NCBI GenBank assembly: GCA_014360055.1
Contig: JACIYH010000004.1
Span: forward strand, 1-61,853
DNA length: 61,853 nucleotides
Direction: 5' to 3'
Source of the DNA: Bacillota bacterium
GTDB taxonomy: Bacteria > Bacillota > Sulfobacillia > JACIYH01
In this document: in pieces, positions 1 to 8,040 of the stretch
How the letters are laid out: every line of letters begins with the position of its first letter
Position numbering within the stretch: the stretch's first letter is position 1
Notes under the pieces: generated by a model
What the model saw: only the letters and a program-made list of their open reading frames with translations
What the model was told of the DNA's origin: nothing
The model's database searches: none
Program-made: the position numbers and the translations under genes

Positions 1-1172
1 CGCTTTGCTGTGGCGAGCAGGGCGAGCCCGACCCCTAGGGCGATCGCGGTCGGCCAGGCGTTACCGGTGATGATAAGGAAGAGCGGTGCCACACCAAGTC
101 CTGCACCGCCTATAGCCTTCAGGTGGCGGTATCGCCTTTTCACCCGAGCGTTTCGCTCGAGCAGTTGCTCAAAGTGGGCCCGGGCACGTTCGAGTGCTGC
201 GCCGTCGAGCGCAAGCAATGATTCGCGCAGCGATTCCACCCAGGGTTGGCCGAAAAGCTTTTTGGCCAACTTGTTGAGGCCGTCCGTACATGCCTCAAGG
301 CGACTGTTAATGGTCGAGATCTCACCGTATACCTTGTTTAGCTCGCCCTGGTACTCGAGGGCGAGGGGCTGTGTTGTCAGCAGGTCCTGGCAGTACCCGG
401 AATACTCATCGATACGCCGTTGGGCCTCTCGTAACTCCTCGAACAACTCCTCCCGGGTTGCCCTCAGCCGCGCCACCTCTTGTTGAATCTGGGCGACTTC
501 CGATAGCAGTTCTGTTTGCCTGTGCAGTCGAACCAGGTTTTCAGTGAGTTGCATGTAGCTGTCGCAAAGCTTGAGTAGATGCTGGTATTCTGAGATCTTG
601 TTCTCCACAGCTTCGAGTTTGCGTCGGACTGCCCCTACCCGCTCGGCATCTTGGCGCCATTGTGCCAGAGCTGCCGTGACCTCTTTCTCCCCCGTAAGGC
701 CTTGGCTCACGAGTGCTTTCCAACACACCTCGCGGAAATACTCGGGGAGACACGAATCGGGGACTGCGCCGTGGAGGAGGATGGGTCCTACGTAAGCAAA
801 CCCGGGGTCATCTGGCACGGTGAGGAGATTGTACTCAGATAACGTTGTAACGAACAATCGACCCCACTCGGACTGGTACTCTACCTCTGGCACGCCGGTT
901 GCGCGGTGCACTGATGACCAAAAAACGCCCTCGCGATATCCGCGGATACCTTGCCACACCAGGAACATCGCGAACGACAACGGAGTCTTGTGTATGAGCG
1001 ACTGGGTTGCCAGGCGCGGATCCCGCTGGAAGCACCGGTGCACCTGGGTATCCAGCCACGTGACGTCCTCTTCTGATAGTGGGATCTCGCCGAGCAGGTT
1101 TACGCCGTGCGTGGTGACGAAATCCCTGATCCGCGCCTCAGATTCCCCCAGGTTCCGGCAGCCTTCGAGCAT
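1..1172 (-). CDS. hypothetical coiled-coil protein with C-terminal transmembrane segment(s); 3' end runs off the window
   Basis: Hand translation of the minus strand is stop-free from 1400 down to position 1. It is absent from the ORF track because it has no in-window stop. The first ATG is at 1172 (MLEGCRNLGESEARIRDF...). A long coiled-coil-like stretch (..RKLEAVENKISEYQHLLKL..LHRQTELLSEVAQIQQEVARLRATREELFEELREAQRRIDEY..) is followed by hydrophobic AIGGAGLGVAPLFLIITGNAWPTAIALGVGLALLA at the edge. The start codon is uncertain. Confidence 0.6.
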   Translation of the reverse strand, partial: MLEGCRNLGESEARIRDFVTTHGVNLLGEIPLSEEDVTWLDTQVHRCFQRDPRLATQSLIHKTPLSFAMFLVWQGIRGYREGVFWSSVHRATGVPEVEYQSEWGRLFVTTLSEYNLLTVPDDPGFAYVGPILLHGAVPDSCLPEYFREVCWKALVSQGLTGEKEVTAALAQWRQDAERVGAVRRKLEAVENKISEYQHLLKLCDSYMQLTENLVRLHRQTELLSEVAQIQQEVARLRATREELFEELREAQRRIDEYSGYCQDLLTTQPLALEYQGELNKVYGEISTINSRLEACTDGLNKLAKKLFGQPWVESLRESLLALDGAALERARAHFEQLLERNARVKRRYRHLKAIGGAGLGVAPLFLIITGNAWPTAIALGVGLALLATAK

Positions 1173-1400
1173 CAGGTGGTCACCGCCACTCGGGAACTCC
1201 TCGACCCGGCGTCCCGGCCGGGCGGTCGGCCGGGCACCGCGTGGTCGGGCAAAGTGCTTGGTAGGCCGGGAGCACAGGGCAGAAGATCGTATGGTGAACG
1301 GCGCCAGGGCGAACTTTACGTAGAATATTACGACGCCAGGGGGCGACCTTCCTGGTCCGTCACTGGGTGGCGTACCACCATTTGACTGGCGGGGGGTGCC

Positions 1401-3536
1401 CTAGCTGGGGGCGGCGTTCTTCAGGGTGACGTATACGGTGTAGCCTGGTCCCTTCTTCTTGGGCCTTTTGTCCCTCGTCCAAGCTCCCTTGCCGAACAGG
1501 GTGTCCAGCACCTGCGGCATCAGGCGGTAGGCCTCGTGGTCTTTATCCACTACGTGGTCGGGCAAAACCCGCTCGATCTCAACCTGTATTCCCTTCCAGG
1601 GGTGGCCCTGGGTGCGCACCCTCTCGGGCAGGTCTGTTTCCTGGATACGCTTGACCGCCTCTTCCACCCAAAGCTTCTGGGTATCCACCGGCGCCGTACC
1701 GGTTGTCTCGGCGCCCTCCCCTTCCTCGGAATCGGGCGCTGGCCCGGTGTGGTGGCCGGGGATGGACGCGAGTCGCGTCGCGAAGGTAGCGCGAAGTTGG
1801 GCGGCGTAGGTCGGTGCTGCGGGCCTGGTGTAGGTGGGGTCGGCGGCGGTGTACATCTTTTCGAAAGGCATCACGCGGAGGGAGACGGGGTAGCTCTTGC
1901 CGCCCGCGCTGCTCCAGAAGACGCAGTGGCCGGGGATGGGCTCGTTGAGCAGCGCGCTCAGGATGTCGTCGCTGAAGTGGGCGTTCGCCTTCTTCAGGGC
2001 GAGGAGGTCGCCGGTCGAGAGCAGGTGGAAGACGAACCAGTTGTCCCCCTGGCTCAGTATCTCGTGGGGGATGCTGCCCGGCTGCTGGGTGATGAGGACG
2101 GCGCCCAGGTCGTACTTACGGCCCTCCTTCACCCAGGTGACGTAAGGGGCGTAGCCGGAGGTCCCGCCGGAGGAGCCCAGCACCGCCTGGGCCTCCTCCA
2201 CCACGGCGATGACGGGGATGGTCTCGGGGTCGGCGCGGGTGAACTGCTCCTGATTGTAGTCGAAGATCCGCTGCAGGATGAGCGCCGAGAGGATGAGTCC
2301 CGCCTGCCCGCGCATCTGGGAGAGGTCCACGATGCAGAGTTTGCCGGCCTTGAGGGAGTTGATGAGCATGTCCAGCATCTGGCTCCCGGGGTCGTGCAGC
2401 ATCTTGACGATGGTGGTCATGTTGGCTCGCGCCGCCGCCATTTCTGCCTCTTGCGTCTTCTCCAGGTGGAGGAGTTCGCAGATGATGGCGGGGTCGGCCA
2501 TGTTGCCCTGGGCGTAGATTTCGTCCACCAGGCGGCTCCAGTCCGAGTCGTTCAGTTGCTTCAACCTGCGCACGTTCTGCTGGTCCTGCTTCTCGGGTGG
2601 CAGGGCAATGGAGACCACGTCCGCGGGGCGGAGCCTGCGGATGTCCAGCCTGATGTCGCTGGCGACGAAGGAGTCGTAGAAGGGGCTGGGGCCACTGCGG
2701 TTGGTGAAGAGGACGAGCTTGTCTTCCAGGTGTGGTACGTCGCACAGGCCAGGGCGGTTCTGGTCGTCCGGCCAGAAGTACTCGCCCTCCGGGTCGAAGA
2801 TGATGGTCCCCACGGGGGCCCTGCGCCCGCCGCGTTTCTGGACCGTCGGGGTATCCCGGTAGAGGCTGCTGAAGAGGAGCTTGGTGAGGTTGGATTTGCC
2901 GAAGCCGGCCCGGGCGAACACGAAGGTCCGGCGCGACACCAGACCCCGGATGTCGAACTTGGGGGTGACCCTGGGGTGCCTGATCTGCATCCAGTCCTCC
3001 ACGGTGATCAGCGGCTGCCCCCCGTTGACGTCGTCTCCCGCAAAGATGTACTCGCCCAGGGCCAGGTAGCCCAGCTCGGCGCCGGGGAGGTTGTGGCCGG
3101 CCACCTCCCGCAGCACGTCTTCCGCCAGGAAGGCCACCTTGCTGCCCAGATGGGGGAGGCGGCGGTGGGAGGCGGCGAAGACGAGGCGGTCACCTACCAC
3201 CCGCACCACTCCCAGCACCCGTATGTTGATGCGGTACTTCAGGTAGCGCTCGCGCAGTTCCTCCGGTATGGGGCGGTCCTCGGCTACCGCCCTCACCCCG
3301 TAGTCTTCGCCCTCGCTTGAGGTCAGGCGACCTTCGGCGGAGATGGAGCAGATCCTGCCCAGCACGGCTTCGCTCTCGGTTTCCAGTTGCACCACCACGA
3401 ACTGGCCGTGCATGGGGCTGTTCTGGTAGTCCTCCCGGTAGGGCAGGACCAGGTCGGCGTGGAATTCCAGGCCGCCTTCGCTGAACCCCCGGAAGATGCC
3501 CGCCACCTGTTCCCTGCGGAATAGCTTCAGGCTCAT
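1401..3536 (-). CDS. HerA-like (FtsK/HerA superfamily) ATPase with an extra C-terminal domain
   Basis: 711 aa ORF. Walker A is FARAGFGKSNLTKLL; the Walker B-like motif is PVIAVVEEAQAVLG, as in HerA (hhhhEEAH). An N-terminal barrel-like region precedes the ATPase. Its ATG overlaps the stop of the upstream NurA-like gene (ATGA at 3533-3536). Confidence 0.8.
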   Translation of the reverse strand: MSLKLFRREQVAGIFRGFSEGGLEFHADLVLPYREDYQNSPMHGQFVVVQLETESEAVLGRICSISAEGRLTSSEGEDYGVRAVAEDRPIPEELRERYLKYRINIRVLGVVRVVGDRLVFAASHRRLPHLGSKVAFLAEDVLREVAGHNLPGAELGYLALGEYIFAGDDVNGGQPLITVEDWMQIRHPRVTPKFDIRGLVSRRTFVFARAGFGKSNLTKLLFSSLYRDTPTVQKRGGRRAPVGTIIFDPEGEYFWPDDQNRPGLCDVPHLEDKLVLFTNRSGPSPFYDSFVASDIRLDIRRLRPADVVSIALPPEKQDQQNVRRLKQLNDSDWSRLVDEIYAQGNMADPAIICELLHLEKTQEAEMAAARANMTTIVKMLHDPGSQMLDMLINSLKAGKLCIVDLSQMRGQAGLILSALILQRIFDYNQEQFTRADPETIPVIAVVEEAQAVLGSSGGTSGYAPYVTWVKEGRKYDLGAVLITQQPGSIPHEILSQGDNWFVFHLLSTGDLLALKKANAHFSDDILSALLNEPIPGHCVFWSSAGGKSYPVSLRVMPFEKMYTAADPTYTRPAAPTYAAQLRATFATRLASIPGHHTGPAPDSEEGEGAETTGTAPVDTQKLWVEEAVKRIQETDLPERVRTQGHPWKGIQVEIERVLPDHVVDKDHEAYRLMPQVLDTLFGKGAWTRDKRPKKKGPGYTVYVTLKNAAPS

Positions 3537-4696
3537 GACGCACCTCCCATGCCGACCTCGGGGTGAAGTCGGGCCTCATCCAGGATCCCCCGCTTGTCGG
3601 GGGGTAGCAGGTCGCGCACTGCCTGGTAGATCTCGTCTTGCAGGATGGTGAGGTCGAAGCCGGTCACCTGGGCGTACTCGTGGGCTTTCTGCAGGCACCG
3701 CGGGTAGAGGGGCACGGGGAAGCCCGCGATGGCGTCCGCCAGCAGATACCCGAATATCTCGCCTGCGCTCTCGCTCTGGGAGGAGAAGACGTCTATCGTC
3801 CAGATGGGGTCTCCCGGTCGGGATCCAAAGCGCACGAAGTACATGTCGCCGGCGACGAACTTGGGCGCCTCGCGTTCGCCGCCTTCGGCCTCGGGCCCGC
3901 GAGCCCACTCGGGCCAGACGAAAGCCTTTGCCTCCATCTCTCTGGGCACGCGCACGTAGCAGGGTTCATCACGGAGCATCACACCCTCGATGGCCAGGGC
4001 CAGGCGGTAGCGCTCCAGCACCTTGCTGCGCTTGGCGATTCCCACCAGGTAGATGCGCCGCCGCTGCGTCCGCCAGACCCTCTCGATCGCTTCCTCTATC
4101 TTCTGGCGCCACCTGATGAACAGCTCCCCGCGGAATACCTTGCTGCGCAGCATCCCGTCCCGCACGATGAGGGTATCCGTGGCGAAGGAGTGGTTGCGGA
4201 TGCGGTCGTAGAGGACCGCCCACTCGCACAGGTCGCGGTAGACCTGAATCCATGAGGGCGAAACCATTTCCGGGTGCTCCCTGATCATGCTCGCCCGGGG
4301 GATCATGGGGCTCAGATTCCACAGCAGGGGCGGATCCACTCCCAGTTCGGTCATCATGACCCCCAGCGCGGTTTTCGGCTTTCCGTCGGGGGTGAACTGG
4401 GCCCGGCTCAGGGCTTCCGTGTCCGTGGTGGGGGAGACGCATTCGATGTGGTGCTCCTGCCCGTAGGAGTCGACCACGCGCACGAACTGCATGAAGAAGG
4501 GGTCGAACAGGAGCCGGTTGTTTCCCCCATCACTTCCCACCAGCGAGACCGCCGTGGTCGACCGGGGCCGTATGGGTTTGACGTTCCCGGCCAGGGGGCG
4601 CACCTCGCGGCACAGGTCGTCCAGCACCCTGCGGTCTTCCTCCGCCCGGCGGGCGATCAGCTCGCGCACCTGCCTCAGGGTTTCCGGTTCCAGCAT
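3533..4696 (-). CDS. NurA-like nuclease
   Basis: NurA-type motifs: LVGSDGGNNRL (catalytic Asp region), IYLVGIAKRSKV and YFVRFG. I place the start at ATG 4696 (MLEPETLRQVREL), 2 nt after the methyltransferase stop. The 471 aa version in the ORF track (to 4948) overlaps the methyltransferase by 250 nt and is Arg/Pro-rich filler. Confidence 0.7.
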   Translation of the reverse strand: MLEPETLRQVRELIARRAEEDRRVLDDLCREVRPLAGNVKPIRPRSTTAVSLVGSDGGNNRLLFDPFFMQFVRVVDSYGQEHHIECVSPTTDTEALSRAQFTPDGKPKTALGVMMTELGVDPPLLWNLSPMIPRASMIREHPEMVSPSWIQVYRDLCEWAVLYDRIRNHSFATDTLIVRDGMLRSKVFRGELFIRWRQKIEEAIERVWRTQRRRIYLVGIAKRSKVLERYRLALAIEGVMLRDEPCYVRVPREMEAKAFVWPEWARGPEAEGGEREAPKFVAGDMYFVRFGSRPGDPIWTIDVFSSQSESAGEIFGYLLADAIAGFPVPLYPRCLQKAHEYAQVTGFDLTILQDEIYQAVRDLLPPDKRGILDEARLHPEVGMGGAS

Positions 4697-4698
4697 GG

Positions 4699-5919
4699 CT
4701 ACGCCTCCAGTTGGGCCACCAGGTCTATCTCTTCGACGGCGGTTCCCGCCCTGCCGAATTGCTCCGCCTGCCGCTTCCCCCGGGTCGAGGGCCCGGCGCT
4801 GCGAACTTCTCTGATGGCCCAGCCGCAGTCGGCGAGGGCGAGGGTTCTCATCAGGACTTCGGCCCCGCTGTACCGGGCGCTGGGTATGCACCCGAAGCGC
4901 ACCACCAGGCGGGCCCCCGGTGCGCAGAGCCGGGACACGGCCCGCCACACCTCGGCCAGGGCAGCCGCGAAGGCGTCACCCCTCAGTTGTCCGATCTGAC
5001 CTTCATATGAATAATCGACGTTGGGGGGTCCGCCCAGGAACCAGTTGCGCAGCCACTGGTCGGGTACGTAGTTCCGCATCTGCATGTAAGGTGGCGAGGT
5101 CACCACCCAGCGGAACCGCTCGGGGAAAACGTGCTCGTCGAGCCTCCTGCTGTCGTCCTCCATTATCCACCCGGGGGTGCGCGGCGGTATGGTCGCGAAG
5201 AACCGGTGCGCGCGCCGGGATACGACCTCCAGAAGGCTGACCCTGGGCGGCTTCAGCCCGCGCTTGAGCCAGAAGTTGATGGCGCTGTTCGGCTTGGTCG
5301 CATACGTACGGGGCATCTGGTTGGAGAGGTAACCAGCCCCGTTTTTCTGCAAGGGTCCGTGCAGGGCGCCCAGCATAATGGCCCGCAGGGCAATCTGCGG
5401 CGCGGTGACACATTCTCGCAATAGGGCTTCGCGCACCTTGCACATTTCGGCCAGCGTGTCCGGGTGGTAGCACAAATCCCAGAAGGGGCCCGTGGGAACG
5501 TCTACCGGGTCAGCGCCGCCCTGCAGGATGCGCGCACACAGGGCGGTGACCTCCTCGGGGGTGACCTGCACCATCTTTGCTGCCGCGATGGCCACGGCCA
5601 CGCGGCACCGGTCGACCCCCACCGAGGGCAGGCCGAGCAACCTCGCAGCGTAGTTGGTGGTCCCCCGGCCGCAAAAGGGGTCGAGCACCCACTCGCCCGG
5701 TCCTGCCTGGCTCAGGTGGGCCAGTGGGAAATCCAGGGGGAACATGGAGAAATAGGGGCAAATACCGTTCAGGCGGAGCATCTCCGCGGGGAAGCCCGCC
5801 ACGCGGTCCTCCTCGGGTTCTCCATGTGCTACGTGTTGTCCCATGTTGTTTCCTGTGTCGCTTGCCGCGTTGTTTGTTGTATTGGCATCCGCAGGCTGAC
5901 AGCAGTTGCAGGCCGCCAC
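4699..5919 (-). CDS. DNA methyltransferase (N6-adenine/N4-cytosine type)
   Basis: SAM-binding motif I is LDPFCGRGTTNYAARLLG near the N-terminus. Catalytic motif IV is VVTSPPYMQMRNY about 190 aa later, so a variable region lies between them (alpha-like order). An alternative start is ATG 5844 (MGQHVAHG). Confidence 0.8.
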   Translation of the reverse strand: MAACNCCQPADANTTNNAASDTGNNMGQHVAHGEPEEDRVAGFPAEMLRLNGICPYFSMFPLDFPLAHLSQAGPGEWVLDPFCGRGTTNYAARLLGLPSVGVDRCRVAVAIAAAKMVQVTPEEVTALCARILQGGADPVDVPTGPFWDLCYHPDTLAEMCKVREALLRECVTAPQIALRAIMLGALHGPLQKNGAGYLSNQMPRTYATKPNSAINFWLKRGLKPPRVSLLEVVSRRAHRFFATIPPRTPGWIMEDDSRRLDEHVFPERFRWVVTSPPYMQMRNYVPDQWLRNWFLGGPPNVDYSYEGQIGQLRGDAFAAALAEVWRAVSRLCAPGARLVVRFGCIPSARYSGAEVLMRTLALADCGWAIREVRSAGPSTRGKRQAEQFGRAGTAVEEIDLVAQLEA

Positions 5920-6337
5920 TGTCCTCTCCCCATCACTCAGCCATCTGCCGTCTTTCTCTCGCCCCGGCTGACGACCGCGCGCGAAGCCCCTACCACATCA
6001 TGCGGCTACCGCGTACCCCAGATGCCCCAGTTTGTCGCAGGATTGGTAACCCATTGCGCTATCTGAAGAGTACCAAACCTGGAACACCTTATCAACGGTA
6101 CCACCGGTCGACTACCACCGGTCAGGTGTGGCGGCCGCGCCGAGGCGCCAAAGGGGTACGTCCGCCAACCGTGGCGGAGTAGGAGGAACGGGTGATAGTG
6201 TCGTACACGTCACGGTGGGAGGCCTTGCCACTGCGTTCCCCATGACCTTGTTCCGGCAATACGGGGGATGGACCTGGGGTGACCTGGGCTTCGCGATACT
6301 CGGAGTTCGCCGGCCCTCACCTCCGAAAGCCTGAGTG

Positions 6338-6354
6338 ACACGGTTAAACCGTGT
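6338..6354. promoter_or_regulatory. perfect 8+1+8 palindrome ACACGGTT-A-AACCGTGT upstream of the NERD gene
   Basis: Read directly from the sequence. It lies 20 nt upstream of the longest start (6375) of the NERD ORF, in the divergent intergenic region shared with the methyltransferase operon. Operator function is inferred only. Confidence 0.3.
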
Positions 6355-6374
6355 AAAGCCTGGGATAGCTCAGC

Positions 6375-7127
6375 GTGGGCGTCGTACGAGGCGAGCCGGA
6401 GGTGCAAGTGTTGCCAGCACGGGTGATCCACCAGAGCGACCGAATGAGGCAGCTGTTTCGCGAGAGGATCAGGCAGAAGGTGGAGCGCGAAAAGGAGCGC
6501 ATGAAGCAGCAGATAGACGAGGATGCCCCGTGGTGGATATCGTGGGCGGTCAAGCCACTGGCGGCCTACACGTTCGACCGGGAGCGCGCCCGGGACGCGG
6601 CGGTGGGGCGGGCGGGCGAGCGCCGCGCCTCGCTTAGTTTCTGGTTGCTCCTCCCCCCCTCGTGGGTGGTTATTCACGACGCAGTACTCGAGCCCGAGCC
6701 GGAAGAGTTCATCCAGATCGACCACCTGCTGGTCGGGCCGCCGGGTGTCTGCCTGGTGGAGACCAAGTCGTGGGAAGGAGCCTTCCTGTGCCGCGGGGAC
6801 CGCTGGCTGCGCAAGGATGGTGGCAGGTGGGTGCCTTGCAAGAGCCCCACCGCGCAGAGTCTCCGTCACGCCCGCCTTTTCCGCCGATGGGTGGCGACCA
6901 CCCTCGGGGACCGGGTTCCCGCCGGGGAATGGGTCCACCCCGTGATCCTGTTGAACGGTGCCAGCTGGCTCCGCGTGGAGGGCAGTAGCGTGCCGGTATT
7001 TGAGAGTGGAACCGCTCTGGCATGGCACCTGCGCAGGCAGACCCGTGACGCCATCCTGACTCCGGCGCAGGTCAACATGGTGGCAGAGGCCGTGGCCAAC
7101 GCCGGGCCGTGCGACCGCCGCGCCTGA
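6375..7127 (+). CDS. NERD (nuclease-related domain) protein
   Basis: The core EEFIQIDHLLVGPPGVCLVETKSWEG matches the NERD D...(hhh)E.K signature. The start is uncertain (GTG 6375 or ATG 6444). Confidence 0.65.
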   Translation: MGVVRGEPEVQVLPARVIHQSDRMRQLFRERIRQKVEREKERMKQQIDEDAPWWISWAVKPLAAYTFDRERARDAAVGRAGERRASLSFWLLLPPSWVVIHDAVLEPEPEEFIQIDHLLVGPPGVCLVETKSWEGAFLCRGDRWLRKDGGRWVPCKSPTAQSLRHARLFRRWVATTLGDRVPAGEWVHPVILLNGASWLRVEGSSVPVFESGTALAWHLRRQTRDAILTPAQVNMVAEAVANAGPCDRRA

Positions 7128-7150
7128 GATAAACGGCAGGGGGGATTTAC

Positions 7151-7930
7151 ATGAGCGGTCGCTATTTCGGTGCGGACGGGTGTGCCGGTGGTTGGGCGCT
7201 GGTGGAGTTGGTTGACGGCAGGCCGGTCATGCACCTTTTCGTCGCGGAGTTCGCAGGTGTCCTCCAGCGCACCAGAGATGCCCGCCTCGTGCTCGTCGAC
7301 ATCCCCATCGGGTTAGCGGATGCAGCCCGCGGGGAGCGCCGGTGCGACGTGCTCGCCAGGAAAGTACTCGGGGACCGGGGGAGCTGCATTTTCCCGGCTC
7401 CTATCCGCGAGGTAGTGGATCTGCCCGAACGGTGTACTCAGGCGGAAGCCTCAGCGCGCCAGCGTCAGCTCACTGGGCGCGGGCTCACCATGCAGGCGTA
7501 CTGCCTGCTTCCGAAGATACGCGAAGTGGACAGCCTCATGCGGCAGAACCCCCGGCTGCAGGAGACCGTGCGGGAAAGCCACCCTGAACTCTGCTTCGCA
7601 GCCCTGAATGGCGGGAACCCTGTGGAGCGCGGCAAGCTGAGCCGGGAAGGACGCCGCGAGAGGCTCGCGGCGCTGAGTCGCTACGTCCCGGCCGTGGACG
7701 CGTTCATCGCTGGGGTGCCCCGGAGCAAGAGGCGGGGGAGTGCCGCCGCCGATGACGTGCTGGACGCCCTGGCCCTTGCCGTCAACGCCTGGCTCGGCAG
7801 CGAGCACGGCTTCCGAGTGCTGCCCGACGAGGGGGAGGAACTGGACCGGTACGGGCTGCGCATGGAGATGGTCACCGCCCGTCTGGATAGTGCCATCGCG
7901 GTCGGGGCGGCTGCCGCCACCCGTGGGTAG
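7151..7930 (+). CDS. DUF429-family protein (predicted RNase H-like nuclease fold)
   Basis: N-terminal YFGADGCAGGWALVEL followed by LVLVDIPIGL is typical of DUF429. It starts 24 nt after the NERD stop. Confidence 0.6.
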   Translation: MSGRYFGADGCAGGWALVELVDGRPVMHLFVAEFAGVLQRTRDARLVLVDIPIGLADAARGERRCDVLARKVLGDRGSCIFPAPIREVVDLPERCTQAEASARQRQLTGRGLTMQAYCLLPKIREVDSLMRQNPRLQETVRESHPELCFAALNGGNPVERGKLSREGRRERLAALSRYVPAVDAFIAGVPRSKRRGSAAADDVLDALALAVNAWLGSEHGFRVLPDEGEELDRYGLRMEMVTARLDSAIAVGAAAATRG

Positions 7931-8040
7931 TCGCCCCCGTGGGTCACCGGGAGTGAAGGACCTCAGGGCGGCTGCCGCGAAGACCCCGGACGGGGCGGAG
8001 GTGGGGGTCCGTTGCGCCTGGGGAACTCGGAGGTGGCGCT

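Noticed and set aside
1401-1403. Possible programmed read-through of the HerA TAG into the downstream in-frame ORF.
   Set aside because: There is no evidence beyond the shared frame and a stop-free spacer. A stop-free stretch of 76 codons is not unusual at this GC content. I kept it as a check within a finding, not as a claim.
1536-3320. Very long ORFs antisense to or overlapping confident genes. Examples: 1536..3320(+), 15745..16944(-), 22327..23400(-), 26974..28392(+), 28328..30130(+), 34578..36452(-), 36697..37674(-), 42061..43344(-), 47104..48426(-), 51520..53244(-), 56453..58234(-), 59709..61121(-).
   Set aside because: Their translations are Arg/Gly/Pro/His-rich filler with no recognisable motifs. 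Each lies opposite a gene with clear family signatures. Stop codons are rare in high-GC DNA, which produces such shadow ORFs.
4697-4948. An 84-aa N-terminal extension of the NurA-like ORF that overlaps the methyltransferase by 250 nt.
   Set aside because: The extension is Arg/Pro/Gly filler. An ATG 2 nt after the methyltransferase stop gives a normal, tightly coupled start.
6361-6440. tRNA-like 5' sequence GGGATAGCTCAGCGTGGG.
   Set aside because: Nothing follows that could form a D-arm closing sequence, an anticodon arm or a GGTTCGAATCC-type T-loop. It overlaps the NERD ORF start region.
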